From positions 10,106,001 through 10,170,000 of the forward strand of contig OZ024740.1 of assembly GCA_964016885.1 (NCBI GenBank): a stretch of DNA of 64,000 nucleotides, read 5' to 3'. A program made the position numbers and the translations under genes. The notes under the pieces were generated by a model. It was not told where the DNA came from, ran no database searches, and saw nothing but the letters and a program-made list of their open reading frames with translations. How positions within the stretch are numbered: the stretch's first letter is position 1; every line of letters starts with the position of its first letter. Below are positions 1 to 10,644 of the stretch, piece by piece. The stretch comes from Eledone cirrhosa (Eukaryota).

Positions 1-19
1 ACCATTAAATAAAAATAGA

Positions 20-127
20 GTTTCTACTTTTGGCACAAGACCAGCGAATACCCCAGTGCATCACTGGTACTTTATTTTATCGACCTCGTAATGTCTGACG
101 CTCTACCGATACTGCCAATCCACCGCC
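20..127 (-). mobile_element. Fragment of abundant SINE-like family A (internally deleted)
   Basis: Reverse complement of motifs shared with copies at 985-1108 and 6313-6548: GGTCGATAAAATAAAGTACCAGT..CACTG and CTTGTGCCAAAAGTAGAAAC. Confidence 0.75.
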
Positions 128-449
128 CTAAATAAAAATAAAGGTACGTGGCTTAGTGATTAGAGGTTTGAGATTGACAATGATAAGTCTGCAAGTTTGA
201 TTCCTGGATGTCTTTGAGCATGTTATTCTTTCTTCCAGGAGATGTAACCAACAGAAACATGCTTTCTTTGGTCCAATTGGACAAAGTCCACCCCACTTGA
301 TAAATGAATGAAGTTTGATCTTGTTGATTGATTGGAAGACAAACTCCTTTAAAAAGGGTGAAAACTCATGGTAGACCAACATGCAAGCGATGTCTAGCAA
401 GATGGTCATAACGGGAATACCTTTGATTATAGGTCTGTTCATTGTGAGC

Positions 450-905
450 AGGGGAGGTGCATAGCCTAGTGGTAAGGGTGTTGGACTTATGATCATAATT
501 GTTTCTACTTGTGGCACACGGCCAGCAATTATTCCAGTGTATTACTGGTACTTAGTTTATCGACCCCGTAAATATGAAAGGCAAAGTTAACCCCGGCGGG
601 ATTTGAACTCAGACCGTAAAAGACCGTAACTCTATTCTGCAAAGACTTATAATCTTAATGATATGAGTTTGATTCCTCGACCAGGTTGTATGTTGTGTTC
701 TTGAGCAAGACACTTCATTTCACATTGCACCAGTATACTCAGCTAAAAATAAGTATCAGCAGCAATAGTTGGGAGTTTAACCATGTGAGGGACTGGCATC
801 CTGTCCAGGGGGGAGTCTTGAATATTCAGTCGCTTCACAACAAGGAGATCGAGATAAACACCAGCCTGATGAGCCTCCAAACTCGAGACAAACTTTAGAC
901 TTTAG
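450..905 (+). mobile_element. tRNA-derived SINE, split by a nested insertion at 500-643
   Basis: A-box-like head GGTGCATAGCCTAGTGGTAAGGGTGTTGGACT (455-487). The element resumes at ~660 with a B-box-like GAGTTTTGATTCCT, then GTGTTCTTGAGCAAGACACT...GACTGGCATCCTGTCCAGGGGG...GCCTGATGAGCC, motifs typical of invertebrate tRNA-SINE central domains, and ends in a short ACTTTAG repeat. Confidence 0.7.
500..643 (-). mobile_element. SINE family A copy inserted into another SINE, with a 16-bp target-site duplication
   Basis: Reverse complement of TCTGAGTTCAAATC..CCG.GGTTAACTTTGCCTTTCAT..GGGGTCGATAAA..AGTACCAGT. Flanked by GACTTATGATCATAAT (484-499) and GACTTATAATCTTAAT (644-659), which match at 14/16. 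Confidence 0.8.
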
Positions 906-984
906 AGATAGGGGTTGATATAATAAAGTTTCCCTTCTCTCAAAATTGCTGGTTTTATGCCTAAATTATAAATCATTATTTAAT

Positions 985-1290
985 GGTCTGAGTTCAAATC
1001 TCGCCGAGGTTAACTTTGCCTTTCATCCTTACGGGGTCGATAAAATAAAGTACCAGTAGTACACTGAGATAATTGCTGACCTTGTGCCAAAAGTAGAAAC
1101 AATTATTTAAGGGCAGTGGATTTTCAAAGTCAATAGAATTTCAGACAAATGCTTAGCAGTGTTTGTTCTCATTCTTCACATTCTGAGTTCAAATCCTGCC
1201 AATGCCACCATTGTCTTTCATCCTTCCAAGGGTGATAAAATAAAGTACCAGTCCAATACTGGGATCAATATAATCAACTTTTCCTTCCCC
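985..1290 (+). mobile_element. Two adjacent SINE family A copies (985-1108 and a more diverged copy at 1110-1290)
   Basis: Both carry TCTGAGTTCAAATC (B-box-like), TTTCATCCTT and GATAAAATAAAGTACCAGT. Confidence 0.8.
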
Positions 1291-1471
1291 TAAATAGATA
1301 AACTTTATTTAGACTTTATTCTGGGCTGACAAGGGGCTAAACAAAACAACAGCACTACAGGGGAGGGGACATAAAAGACAGCCTATAAACAACAGCATTA
1401 ATGAAAAATCTAGTGATGTATTTTTTTTTTAGAGATTCTTTTGATGTCACCAGCAATGCAAAGATTATTTG

Positions 1472-3341
1472 CCACCACCACCACCACCATCAACACTACC
1501 ACCACCACCACCATCAACACTACCACCACCACCACCATCAACACTACCACCACCACCACCATCAACACTACCACCACCACCATCAACACCACCACCACCA
1601 CCATCAACACTACCACCACCACCACCATCAACACTACCACCACCACCATCAACACTACCACCACCACCACCATCAACACTACCACCACCACCACCATCAA
1701 CACTACCACCACCACCATCAACACCACCATCACCACCCCCATCAATACCACCACCACCATCAACACTACCACCACCACCATCAACACCACCACCATCAAT
1801 ACCACCACCACCATCAATACCACCACCACCATTAACACCACCACTACCACCACCACCACCACCACCACCATCAACACTACCACCACCATCAACACCACCA
1901 CCACCAACATCAACACTACCACCACCAACATCAACACTACCACCACCACCATCAACACCACCATCAACACCACCATCAACACAACCACCACCATCAACAC
2001 CACCACCACCATCAATGCCACCACCACCATCAACACCACCAACACCACCATCAACACCACCACCACCACCAACACCACCACCACCATCAACACCACCACC
2101 ATCAACACCACCACCATCAACACCACCACCACCATCAACACCACCACCATCAACACCACCACCATCAACACCACCACCAACACCACCACCAACACCACCA
2201 ACACCACCACCAACACCACCAACACCACCATCAACACCACCATCAACACCACCATCAACACCACCACCAACACCACCACCACCATCACCACCACCACCAT
2301 CAACACCACCACCACCATCACCACCACCACCACCATCAACACCACCACCAACACCACTACCACCATCAACACCACCACCGCCAACATCAACACTACCACC
2401 ACCACCATCAACACTACCACCACCACCATCAACACTACCACCACCACCATCAACACTACCACCACCACCACCATCAACACTACCACCACCACCACCATCA
2501 ACACTACCACCACCACCATCAACACTACCACCACCACCATCAACACTACCACCATCAACACCACCACCACCACCCCCATCAATACCACCACCACCACCAT
2601 CAACACCACCACCACCATCAATACCACCACCACCATTAACACCACCACTACCACCACCACCACCACCACCACCATCAACACTACCACCACCATCAACACC
2701 ACCACCACCAACATCAACACTACCACCACCAACATCAACACTACCACCACCACCATCAACACCACCATCAACACCACCATCAACACCACCACCACCATCA
2801 CCACCATCACCACCACCACCACCACCACCACCATCAACACCACCACCACCACCACCATCAATGCCACCACCACCATCAACACCACCAACACCACCACTGT
2901 TGAAACTTTTCTTAACACTACCACTACCACCACCACCACCATCAACACCACCATCAACACCACCACCATCAACACCACTACCACCACCAACACCACCACC
3001 ACCATCAACACCACCACCATCAACACCACCACCATCATCACCACCACCATCAACACCACCAACACCAACACCACCACCAACACCACCACCAACACCACCA
3101 ACACCACCACCAACACCACCATCAACACCACCATCAACACCACCACCACCACCACCACCATCACCACCATCAACACCACCACCACCATCACCACCACCAC
3201 CACCACCAACACCACCACCAACACCACCACCACCATCAACACTACCACCACCACCATCAACACTACCACCACCACCATCAACACTACCACCACCACCATC
3301 AACACCACCACCACCACCATCAACACCACCAACACCACCAC
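1472..3341. repeat. Compound (ACC)n trinucleotide array interrupted by ATC/AAC/ACT triplets
   Basis: About 1.9 kb of CAC/ACC repeats such as ACCACCACCATCAACACT. It accounts for the poly-H, poly-T, poly-P and poly-V ORFs. Confidence 0.97.
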
Positions 3342-3466
3342 TGTTGAAACTTTTCTTATTGCCCCACCCACTTTATTGCCCTACCCTCATTTCACTACCC
3401 CACCCCACCTCCGTCTATAATGAAGAATTAAATACTTCAGTGGTGACAAACGAAACTAAATGGGGC

Positions 3467-3589
3467 TGTTGTTGTTGTTGTTGTTGGTGGTGGTGGAGGT
3501 GATGGTGGTGATGGTGGTGATGGTGGTGATGTTGTAGTTTCTGTGGTTGTGGTTCTAGTGGTGGTGGTGGTGGGGGGGGGGGGGGGGGG
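3467..3589. repeat. (TTG)n/(TGG)n microsatellite followed by G18
   Basis: TGTTGTTG..TGGTGGTGATGG; G homopolymer at 3572-3589. Confidence 0.9.
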
Positions 3590-3709
3590 CTCTACAATGT
3601 ATTTTAGGTTTCCAATCCCTTTTCTCAATACTAGTCATCAATATATGTATTTTCTGGGCTCCCAGGAAATTGCTGACCTCACTCCAGTAGGGGTATGATG
3701 TACATCCTG

Positions 3710-3975
3710 CACCACCACCACCACCACCACCATCACAACCACCACCACCACCACCACAACCATCACAACCACGACAACCAGCACCACCACAACCACCACC
3801 ACAACCACCACCACAACCACCACTACCACCAGCACAACCACCACCACTACCACCACTACCACCACTACCACCACTACCACCACTACCGCCACAACCGCCA
3901 CCACAACCACTACCACCACAACCGCACCACCACTACCACCACCACCACCTCAACCGCCACCACTATCAACACAAC
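3710..3975. repeat. (CAC)n compound microsatellite
   Basis: CACCACCAC with CAA/TAC interruptions. Confidence 0.92.
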
Positions 3976-4282
3976 TAATGGTGTTGGTGGTGTCATAATG
4001 TATTAGAGAGATGGGAGGTAATCAGATTGAAGAAGGAGGCTAAGTGTAGTTGTACCAGAGCTGAGTATTACAAATTTAATTTTAGGACAAATCATAATAG
4101 GGGTGTGTGGGTGGGTTGTCCTTAGGGAACCAGCAATGGAGCCCTTTTTTCACCACTATCCATCACATGGTTCAAATCTTCTTGTTCAGTTCAGCTTAGT
4201 TGATTAAGGAGAATGGTCTCACTGCCTCTGCCCCAGCTTGGCCAAAACTGTAGCTGCTATAGTAACAACAACTGGCCAATAT

Positions 4283-4994
4283 AGAAATATTTTTTCATGC
4301 TCAGAGTTGCTGAAGCATGGAACAAACTACCTGCATCAGTTATTAGCTGTCGAGACACTGCATCCTTTACAACCTCCATGGAACAAACTCCCTGCATCAG
4401 TTGTTAGCTGTCGAGGCACTGCATCCTTTAAAACCTCCATGGAACAAACTACCTGCATCAGTTGTTAGCTGACGAGACACTGCATCCTTTAAAACCTCCA
4501 TCGAACAAACTACCTGCATCAGTTGTTAGCTGACGAGACACTGCATCCTTTAAAACCTCCATGGAACAAACTACCTACATCAGTTGTTAGGTGTCGAGAC
4601 ACTGCATCCTTTAAAACCTCCATGGAACAAACTACCAGCATCAGTTGTTAGCTGTCGAGACACTGCATCCTTTAAAACCTCCATGGAACAAACTACCTGC
4701 ATCAGTTGTTAGCTGACGAGACACTGCATCCTTTAAAACCTCCATGGAACAAACTACCTGCATCAGTTGTTAGCTGTCAAGACACTGCATCCTTTAAAAC
4801 CTCCAGGCTTCCTGAGATTCGCCAACACTACACCTAATATTCCCCCTCCATACACATGCACACCTGTATATCATGACTCATACACTGTTCACTTCCCTGA
4901 CATTTGTATATTATTCTATGTACCATACATGCACCTTTGATGAGTTGTAGTGCACCTGAGCACTGTACACAATAATTTCATTATTATTATTATT
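4283..4994 (+). mobile_element. 5'-truncated CR1/L2-type LINE 3' end (ORF2 C-terminus, 3' UTR, (ATT)n tail)
   Basis: Translates to KYFFMLRVAEAWNKLPASVISCRDTASF...LPEIRQHYT*, matching the FF.RV..WN.LP..VV....FK motif at the end of CR1/L2-group ORF2. The 3' UTR ends in CATTATTATTATTATT at 4979-4994. Confidence 0.8.
4316..4803 (+). repeat. 61-bp minisatellite, 8 copies, derived from the LINE ORF2 end
   Basis: Unit CATGGAACAAACTACCTGCATCAGTTGTTAGCTGTCGAGACACTGCATCCTTTAAAACCTC starts at 4316, 4377, 4438, 4499, 4560, 4621, 4682 and 4743. Confidence 0.97.
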
Positions 4995-5017
4995 AAATCA
5001 ACTAGAACTCTGATTCC

Positions 5018-5142
5018 AGAGAGGGGGAGAAAGAGAGAGAGGGGGAAGCATCGAAGAGGAGTAGGGAAGAGAGTGGGAGGGTCAGAGAAGGAAAAAGAGA
5101 GAAATGAAATGTGATGAGGGACAAAGAAAAGGAAGAGAGGCA
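5018..5142. repeat. Purine-rich (GA) low-complexity tract
   Basis: Almost exclusively G/A on the + strand. Confidence 0.7.
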
Positions 5143-6312
5143 GGAATAATTCCTCGTTAGTGTCTACTGAAGGGAAGCCCTGATATTCTAGAATATTCTA
5201 GTTTCTTTCCCACAACAAACACAATATGGTCTTATATTTGTAATAGGGTTTATCCAAGCAAATGGTAGATAAAATCTCCCTCTTGTAATATATAGACAAT
5301 ACAGATTGGACTGCATCTAATCTGGTCAAAGAAGCTTTATATTGGCAAAAACATACAAATTCATGAAGGAGACATGTAACTGATGGTGTGAATCACATGG
5401 TAAGATATCTCAGGAGACCTGGACAGTAGAATGTCTTCAGAGAAGAAATACCCCTTAAGAAAGTATTTCAGCCCTTAACTTCTTAAACTCTAAATGTGCT
5501 GGGTCACATCCAGGTAATGACACCTGGGTTCCCTTCTACTGTCATTTAACCATTTGGAAACTGGAGACTTGTCATTTATTTAAACCAAATGGACATTTGT
5601 TGCCAGCATCTAGCTGGAACTTCTTTCCCTTGCCTCTACTTTCACACTTATATTTAAACGCTTTCTTGAATTGGAAAATAACATTGGAAGTTATGGTAGT
5701 GGTGAGACGTCAACATACAAACCACGACTGACTCAGAGTTACTTCCCTTAGCATGAATTAAGATACAAACAAGATGCCTCTCATGTGGTATGGAGGTCGT
5801 TTTTGTTCCTCCTCAGTTTTGAGGACACTTATTCCCTCAAGTTCTAGTTCTGTTTTCTGCCCTGTTACTAATAGTAAGTACATCATGTGCTATATATATG
5901 TACAAGTAGTGATATGGAATGAAACTGGGAAATGAGTTGAGCTGAAGACTTTGCTACAGCATTTCAAACATGTATTTACTTGTAATCTATACATAAATCA
6001 TGTATTTAGCACAGATTAATAAAATACTTAATGGGTAATTTGAAATGAAGCCTATGTTTCACATATGCCATGGATCTGTTGTTTGCTATGCAGAGACCTG
6101 ATAATTGCTTCATTCCCACTCCCCCTTTTTATCCTCCTCCGCCCCTACTTCTTCATCACTCCCCCTCCTCCCATCCCCCACCTCTTCCCTCCTCTTGACC
6201 CTCATCGTTCTCCTCCAGAGCAGAAAAAGCAAAGTCTTTTAGAACTTAGGAGTTACTAAATGGACTTTACTAACAAGTGTCAATCTATACAACATTATTG
6301 ACCCTTGCCAAA

Positions 6313-6548
6313 CTGAGTTCAAATCTCACCGAGGTTAACTTTGCCTTTCATCCTTACGGGGTCAATAAAATAAAGTACCAGTAATACACTGTGTAATTGC
6401 TGGCCTTGTGCCAAAAGTAGAAACAATTATTTTCTCTGTCAAAGCCGAGGTTAACTTTGACTTTCATCCTTATGAGGTAGATAAAATAAAGTACCAGTAA
6501 TGTATTGGGTAATTGCTGGCCTTGTGCCAAAAGTAGAAACAATTATTT
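6313..6548 (+). mobile_element. Two tandem SINE family A fragments (6313-6432 and 6445-6548)
   Basis: CCGAGGTTAACTTTG.CTTTCATCCTTA...AATAAAGTACCAGTAAT...GCTGGCCTTGTGCCAAAAGTAGAAACAATTATTTTCTC occurs twice and closely matches 985-1108. Confidence 0.85.
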
Positions 6549-6619
6549 TCTCAGTCAAACCAAACCAATGGCTAAATAAGTAATTCAAAGGAAAGCTATT
6601 ATAAATTACACACATAGCA

Positions 6620-6793
6620 GTGTTATGTTTGTGTGATTAAGAAGTTTTCTTTGCATATAACATATTTCTGGGTTTGATCTCACTGCCTGGAACCATAAGC
6701 AAGTGGTTTCTGTTATAACATTGTCTTGACCAATGCCTTGCAAGTGACATTTGATAGGCAGAATGTGTGCAAAGCCCCATCAAGTATATATAT
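6620..6793 (+). mobile_element. Degenerate tRNA-derived SINE (family B) ending in (TA)n
   Basis: TTAAGAAG..TTCTGGGTTTGATCTCACTG..GCAAGTG..GACCAATGCCTTG..AAGCCC followed by TA repeats. Resembles an abundant octopus SINE, recognised from memory. Confidence 0.55.
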
Positions 6794-6995
6794 ATAGGAA
6801 AAAGTGTGACCCCGACGGCAGAGCTCAAGCCGTTTCGACGGCTATTTCTGGACTCAGAAGTCCAGAAATAGCCATCCAAACGGCTTGAGCTCTACCGTCG
6901 GGGTCATACTTTTTCCTATTTCTCACTCTACTACCCTAAGTATTGAGTACTCTGGTGCGTTATGGTCCATTTGGTTCCTTACCACAATTCCTTTG

Positions 6996-6996
<1 letters not shown>
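6794..6996 (+). mobile_element. Palindromic (TA)n-embedded element, copy 1 (126-bp hairpin plus ~77-bp unique tail); probably PLE-derived
   Basis: ATAGGAAAAAGTGTGACCCCGACGGCAGAGCTCAAGCCGTTTCGACGGCTATTTCTGGACT, a short loop, then the near-exact reverse complement to 6919. Homologous copies lie at 9911 and 11028. Confidence 0.85.
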
Positions 6997-7028
<32 letters not shown>

Positions 7029-7319
7029 ATTGTGTTAATTTAACTAAATCAACCACTGACAATATCAGAAAGTAAAAATAACTGTTATAAACTTCACTTT
7101 TCTCTGATATTTTTCTCGAAGAAAAACTTTGTTTTTTATGTATTGCTTCTAACTATTTCTGAAATATATATAACTGTAATGAAAGAAGTAAATTATGAAA
7201 TGTTGACTTATACCTCTTCTTTATATATATATATAGATAGATAGATAGATAGATATAAAATCTGCAGTTTCTTTTTTCTTTGTATTATTAGTTGGGGCAA
7301 TTCAAAAGACATTCATTCA

Positions 7320-7990
7320 ATGGTTTAGTTACAAAGTTTTCCATCACACATTCTGTGACCTTATCAGTAACTATTGTTTTTTTGCCCTCTTTGTCTCCAC
7401 CTCATTTATTTACTTTGTTCCAACTACTCCATCTTTTTTCCCGTTCACTTTGTCTTTCTGCAGTGTATACTTATGTATATACATCATTCACATCTCTATG
7501 TTCTATGTCTGCCAATGCATACCTGTGTCTCTCTTCCTGTGTGAACTAATCTTGTTGTCATCAGTCACTAAGTCGTGGGGTTGTTACTATTTCATTCCTG
7601 CTTACTATTGAGTATTATGTTTAGTTTCTGCTATATGGGTGGCTTCTTTAATCTGCCTAAGTCTTATGTCAGCTTGGTTTATAGATAGAATCTTCAATTT
7701 AGCTTAACACATTAACAGAGCACTGCTGATTTTTTTTCATCTTTAGATTCCTACGAATAATCCTTTCTCATACTCTAGACATTCCTCTATTGTCCCGCTT
7801 TGCATCTTATTTCTAGTTCTATAATTTATGTGTGAACTTACCTTGCAGACTATACAATAGTTCTTAAAAGGGTAAGTCTTACTGATTAGGAGTTTGAGAG
7901 AAAATACTTGGTTTTTCTACTAATTTGTTAGTTTCAGTTGATCTAAAGCCATTTTAAATCTATATACTTGTTCATCTCTGTGTATAACTC
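7320..7990 (-). mobile_element. Degenerate Penelope-like element 3' region (GIY-YIG endonuclease C-terminal relic and decayed hammerhead-like motif)
   Basis: Minus strand 7698-7620 reads LKILSINQADIRLRQIKEATHIAETK, resembling the PLE EN motif IL....R.IKEA.I...P.LN. Upstream is YPFKNYCIVCK. Downstream, 7373-7325 reads TAGTTA-CTGATAA-GGTCACA..TGTGATG-GAAA..TAACTA. Confidence 0.55.
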
Positions 7991-7997
7991 CCACAAA

Positions 7998-8264
7998 CAT
8001 ACCACTCTAGTATATTATATAGTCATACCACTCTAGTATATTATATAGCCATACAACTCTAGTATATTATGTAGTGATACAACTCTAGTATATTATGTAG
8101 TCATACCACTCTAGTATATTATATAGTCATATGACTCTAGTATATTATATAGTCATATGACTCTAGTATATTATATAGTCATATGACTCTAGTATATTAT
8201 ATAGTCATATGACTCTAGTATATTAAGTAGTCATACAACTCTAGTATATTATGTAGTCATACCA
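7998..8264. repeat. 26-bp minisatellite, about 10 copies
   Basis: Unit CATACCACTCTAGTATATTATATAGT with period 26, starting at 7998, 8024, 8050 and onward. Confidence 0.95.
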
Positions 8265-8322
8265 TGAATTAACCTTATCTACTGTCTTCCATATCCTCTC
8301 TATTCTCTTCAATTATTTATCC

Positions 8323-8652
8323 CAGGGATGGATTTAATGGGGGCCAAAGAGGGCAATTGCAGTGGAGGGCCTCGCCAACAATGGTCGTAGCAATTTATTT
8401 GTGCCCTCAGCTGAGTTTTTTAGTTTTAGGTTGGTTAGAATTTTTGAATTTAATACCTGTATGTCTGACTTTTCAATTCCAATTACTTGCGCCAAGCAAA
8501 CTGTGATATGTAAAATTGGGGAGTTTGCTGTGTATTCTAATTTTTTGTGTATGAGGGACCCTCCAAACCTGAAATACCCTGGGCCCCCCAAGGTCTAACC
8601 CCCCAAGGTCTAAATCCAGCTCTGGGTCCCCCAAGGTCTAAATCCAGCCCTG
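8323..8652. mobile_element. Non-autonomous DNA transposon (hAT/Tip100-like MITE) with a duplicated right end
   Basis: TIRs CAGGGATGGATTTA (8323-8336) and TAAATCCAGCCCTG (8639-8652). A second right TIR, TAAATCCAGCTCTG, lies at 8611-8624. Subterminal GGGGGCC/GGGCCCCCC motifs are present. No matching TSD. Confidence 0.7.
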
Positions 8653-9179
8653 GGCACGTCTTTGGATGAGACAGCGAGCCACTTGTTGTTCTGGGAGTTG
8701 ATCTTCTGGTCTTAGCAGAAGTTTTTCTCGTCGGAGAAAAAACACAGCATGTCTGGCTCCAGTGGGTGTTTCAACTTATTGATCAGCTTCTTTGCGTGCT
8801 TTAGTCGCTTTTCTTGCATCACCTTTGACAGAACTTGTCCTTTCCTCATCTTGTATTAAATGTAGCGAATGTCTTCATGTACCACCAGCCTAATGAGCTT
8901 TTCATCTACGCCTTTCTCCCTTGCAATGGCACGCATAAACTTACTTGGTTCATTGTTGATGATATCTTGAACTTCAGCGACGAACTCAGGCGTTCTGAAG
9001 GCGTTAGATCGTCGATCATGTGTTTTCCTCTCTGATGTTGCTTCGTAGTTGAATCCTGAATCTTCCAATTCCTTTCTGACCTTTTCCACCATTCTCCTGC
9101 TGACGCTGAGAAAGTCTGAAATTTCCTTATTTGTCCTCCCGGCGCGGATTCCAAGAAGAACTTCGTGTCTCTTCCACAA
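8653..9179 (-). pseudogene. Tc1/mariner transposase pseudogene (HTH DNA-binding region and first catalytic Asp)
   Basis: ORF 9179-8856 (…EISDFLSVSRRMV…MRAIAREKGVDEKLIRLVVHEDIRYI*) continues in frame past TAA stops at 8856 and 8712 as YKMRKGQVLS…CFFSDEKNFC*DQKINSQNNKW…DVP. The FSDEK and N.QN motifs are typical of maT-like transposases. Confidence 0.9.
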
Positions 9180-9243
9180 ATTTGGAGGTTCAAAATTATT
9201 CTGAAAATAAATAATGGAAATATAGTGACTGTTTTTATGAAGA

Positions 9244-9306
9244 CGTCTAACTCATGCTAGCGTGGAAAACGGACGTTAAACGAAGATGATGATGATGATG
9301 ATGATG
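9244..9306 (+). mobile_element. Short RTE-type retroposon 3' tail with (GAT)n, inserted in the transposon 5' UTR
   Basis: CTAACTCATGCTAGCGTGGAAAACGGACGTTAAACG+(GAT)n. Candidate TSD ATGAAGA at 9237-9243 and 9304-9310. The same tail occurs at 12369, 12636 and 14000. Confidence 0.7.
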
Positions 9307-9384
9307 AAGAGTGACAATGGAAGTAAAAAAAATTTGCATAAAATTAGCAGTTGAAAATTGCGAACAAATATCGTCCACACCCTG

Positions 9385-9409
9385 TATATATATATATATA
9401 CATGTATAT

Positions 9410-9441
<32 letters not shown>

Positions 9442-9746
9442 ACATGCATAATATATATATATATATACATGCATATATATAGTTGCATCTAACTCACTTT
9501 CACCCCGCCCACTCTCTTTGTTAGTCTGTCTCTCTCTACATAACCCCCCCCCCCTCCCTTCAATCACCTCACCCTCCCGTATACATGTGTGTGTGTATAC
9601 TGCAGTCCCATATTAACGCTACTACTCAATGAAACATCCTTTATTTATATATATACATATATATATATATTCAGGTTTGAGGTTCACCACTTATATATAT
9701 ATATAAATACATATATACATATATATATTTATATATATATATGTAT

Positions 9747-9809
<63 letters not shown>

Positions 9810-9816
9810 TATATGT

Positions 9817-9863
<47 letters not shown>

Positions 9864-10478
9864 TATATGTATACATGTATATATATATACATATGTATAT
9901 ATATATATATATAGGAAAAAGTATGACCCCGACGGTAGAGCTCAAGCCGTTTTGACGGCTATTTCTGGACTCAGAGTCCAGAAATAGCCGTCCAAACGGC
10001 TTGAGCTCTACCGTCGGGGTCATACTTTTTTCCTATTACCCACTCTACTACCCTAAGTATTGAGTACTCTGGCGCATTATGGTCCATCTGGTTCCTTACC
10101 ACAATTCCTTTGTTATATATATATATATATATATAAATATATACATGTATATGTATATATTTATATATGTTGCAAATTTCTTTATGTAATGCCTACAACC
10201 AGTAGGACAGCTCTTACTCATTCTCTTTGCTTTCCTCCTCATCTTCCCCTCCCCCCTCCTCTCACCATAGAGATATGGAGCTATAATTAAAGTGAACATG
10301 TCAAGTTGAACTTGTTCCATCCAGTCTCAGCCTCAACACACCAGTCGACCTTGCTATAGAAAACAAAACTGAAATCCATCTGGGAGGATTGATTCCATCT
10401 ATATTCTTCATGGACATTCCCGCAATCACTGGATGTGAATGACCACTTCCGACTAACTATATATATATGTATATATAT

Positions 10479-10532
<54 letters not shown>

Positions 10533-10601
10533 GTGTGTGTATATATATATGTGTGTGTATATATATATATATGTGTGTATATATGTATCTATTTATATAT
10601 G

Positions 10602-10644
<43 letters not shown>

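Larger units (their letters stand above)
8653..9384 (-). mobile_element. Tc1/mariner (maT/DD37D-like) DNA transposon, 3'-truncated
   Basis: Left end reads TA|CAGGGTGTGGACGATATTTGTTCGC on the minus strand, next to (TA)n, and is followed by transposase coding sequence. Confidence 0.85.

Noticed and set aside
450-500. tRNA gene
   Set aside because: Only an A-box-like SINE head; no complete cloverleaf, and it is interrupted by an insertion.
128-517. 129-aa minus-strand ORF, and a possible plus-strand acceptor TTCTTTCTTCCAG at 238
   Set aside because: The ORF starts inside SINE sequence and has no recognisable domain. All frames after the acceptor stop within about 25 codons, so an exon cannot be supported.
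860-895. CTGATGAG...CTCGAGAC as a hammerhead
   Set aside because: GAGAC instead of GAAAC, no stem III or stem I pairing, and it lies in the ordinary 3' part of the SINE.
1401-4006. Long poly-His, poly-Val and poly-Pro ORFs
   Set aside because: They are automatic consequences of stop-free trinucleotide repeats, open in several frames on both strands, with no domain content.
4316-4803. CRISPR-like regular array
   Set aside because: The 61-bp units are contiguous with no unique spacers, there are no cas genes, the context is eukaryotic, and the unit is LINE-derived.
5270-5430. Peptide NLVKEALYWQ, reminiscent of retroelement C-termini
   Set aside because: Too short and interrupted by stops to assign to RTE or PLE without a profile search.
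10290-10456. Unique segment between TA arrays ([17 protein letters not shown]), faintly like a PLE EN end
   Set aside because: Similarity is too weak to call by eye.
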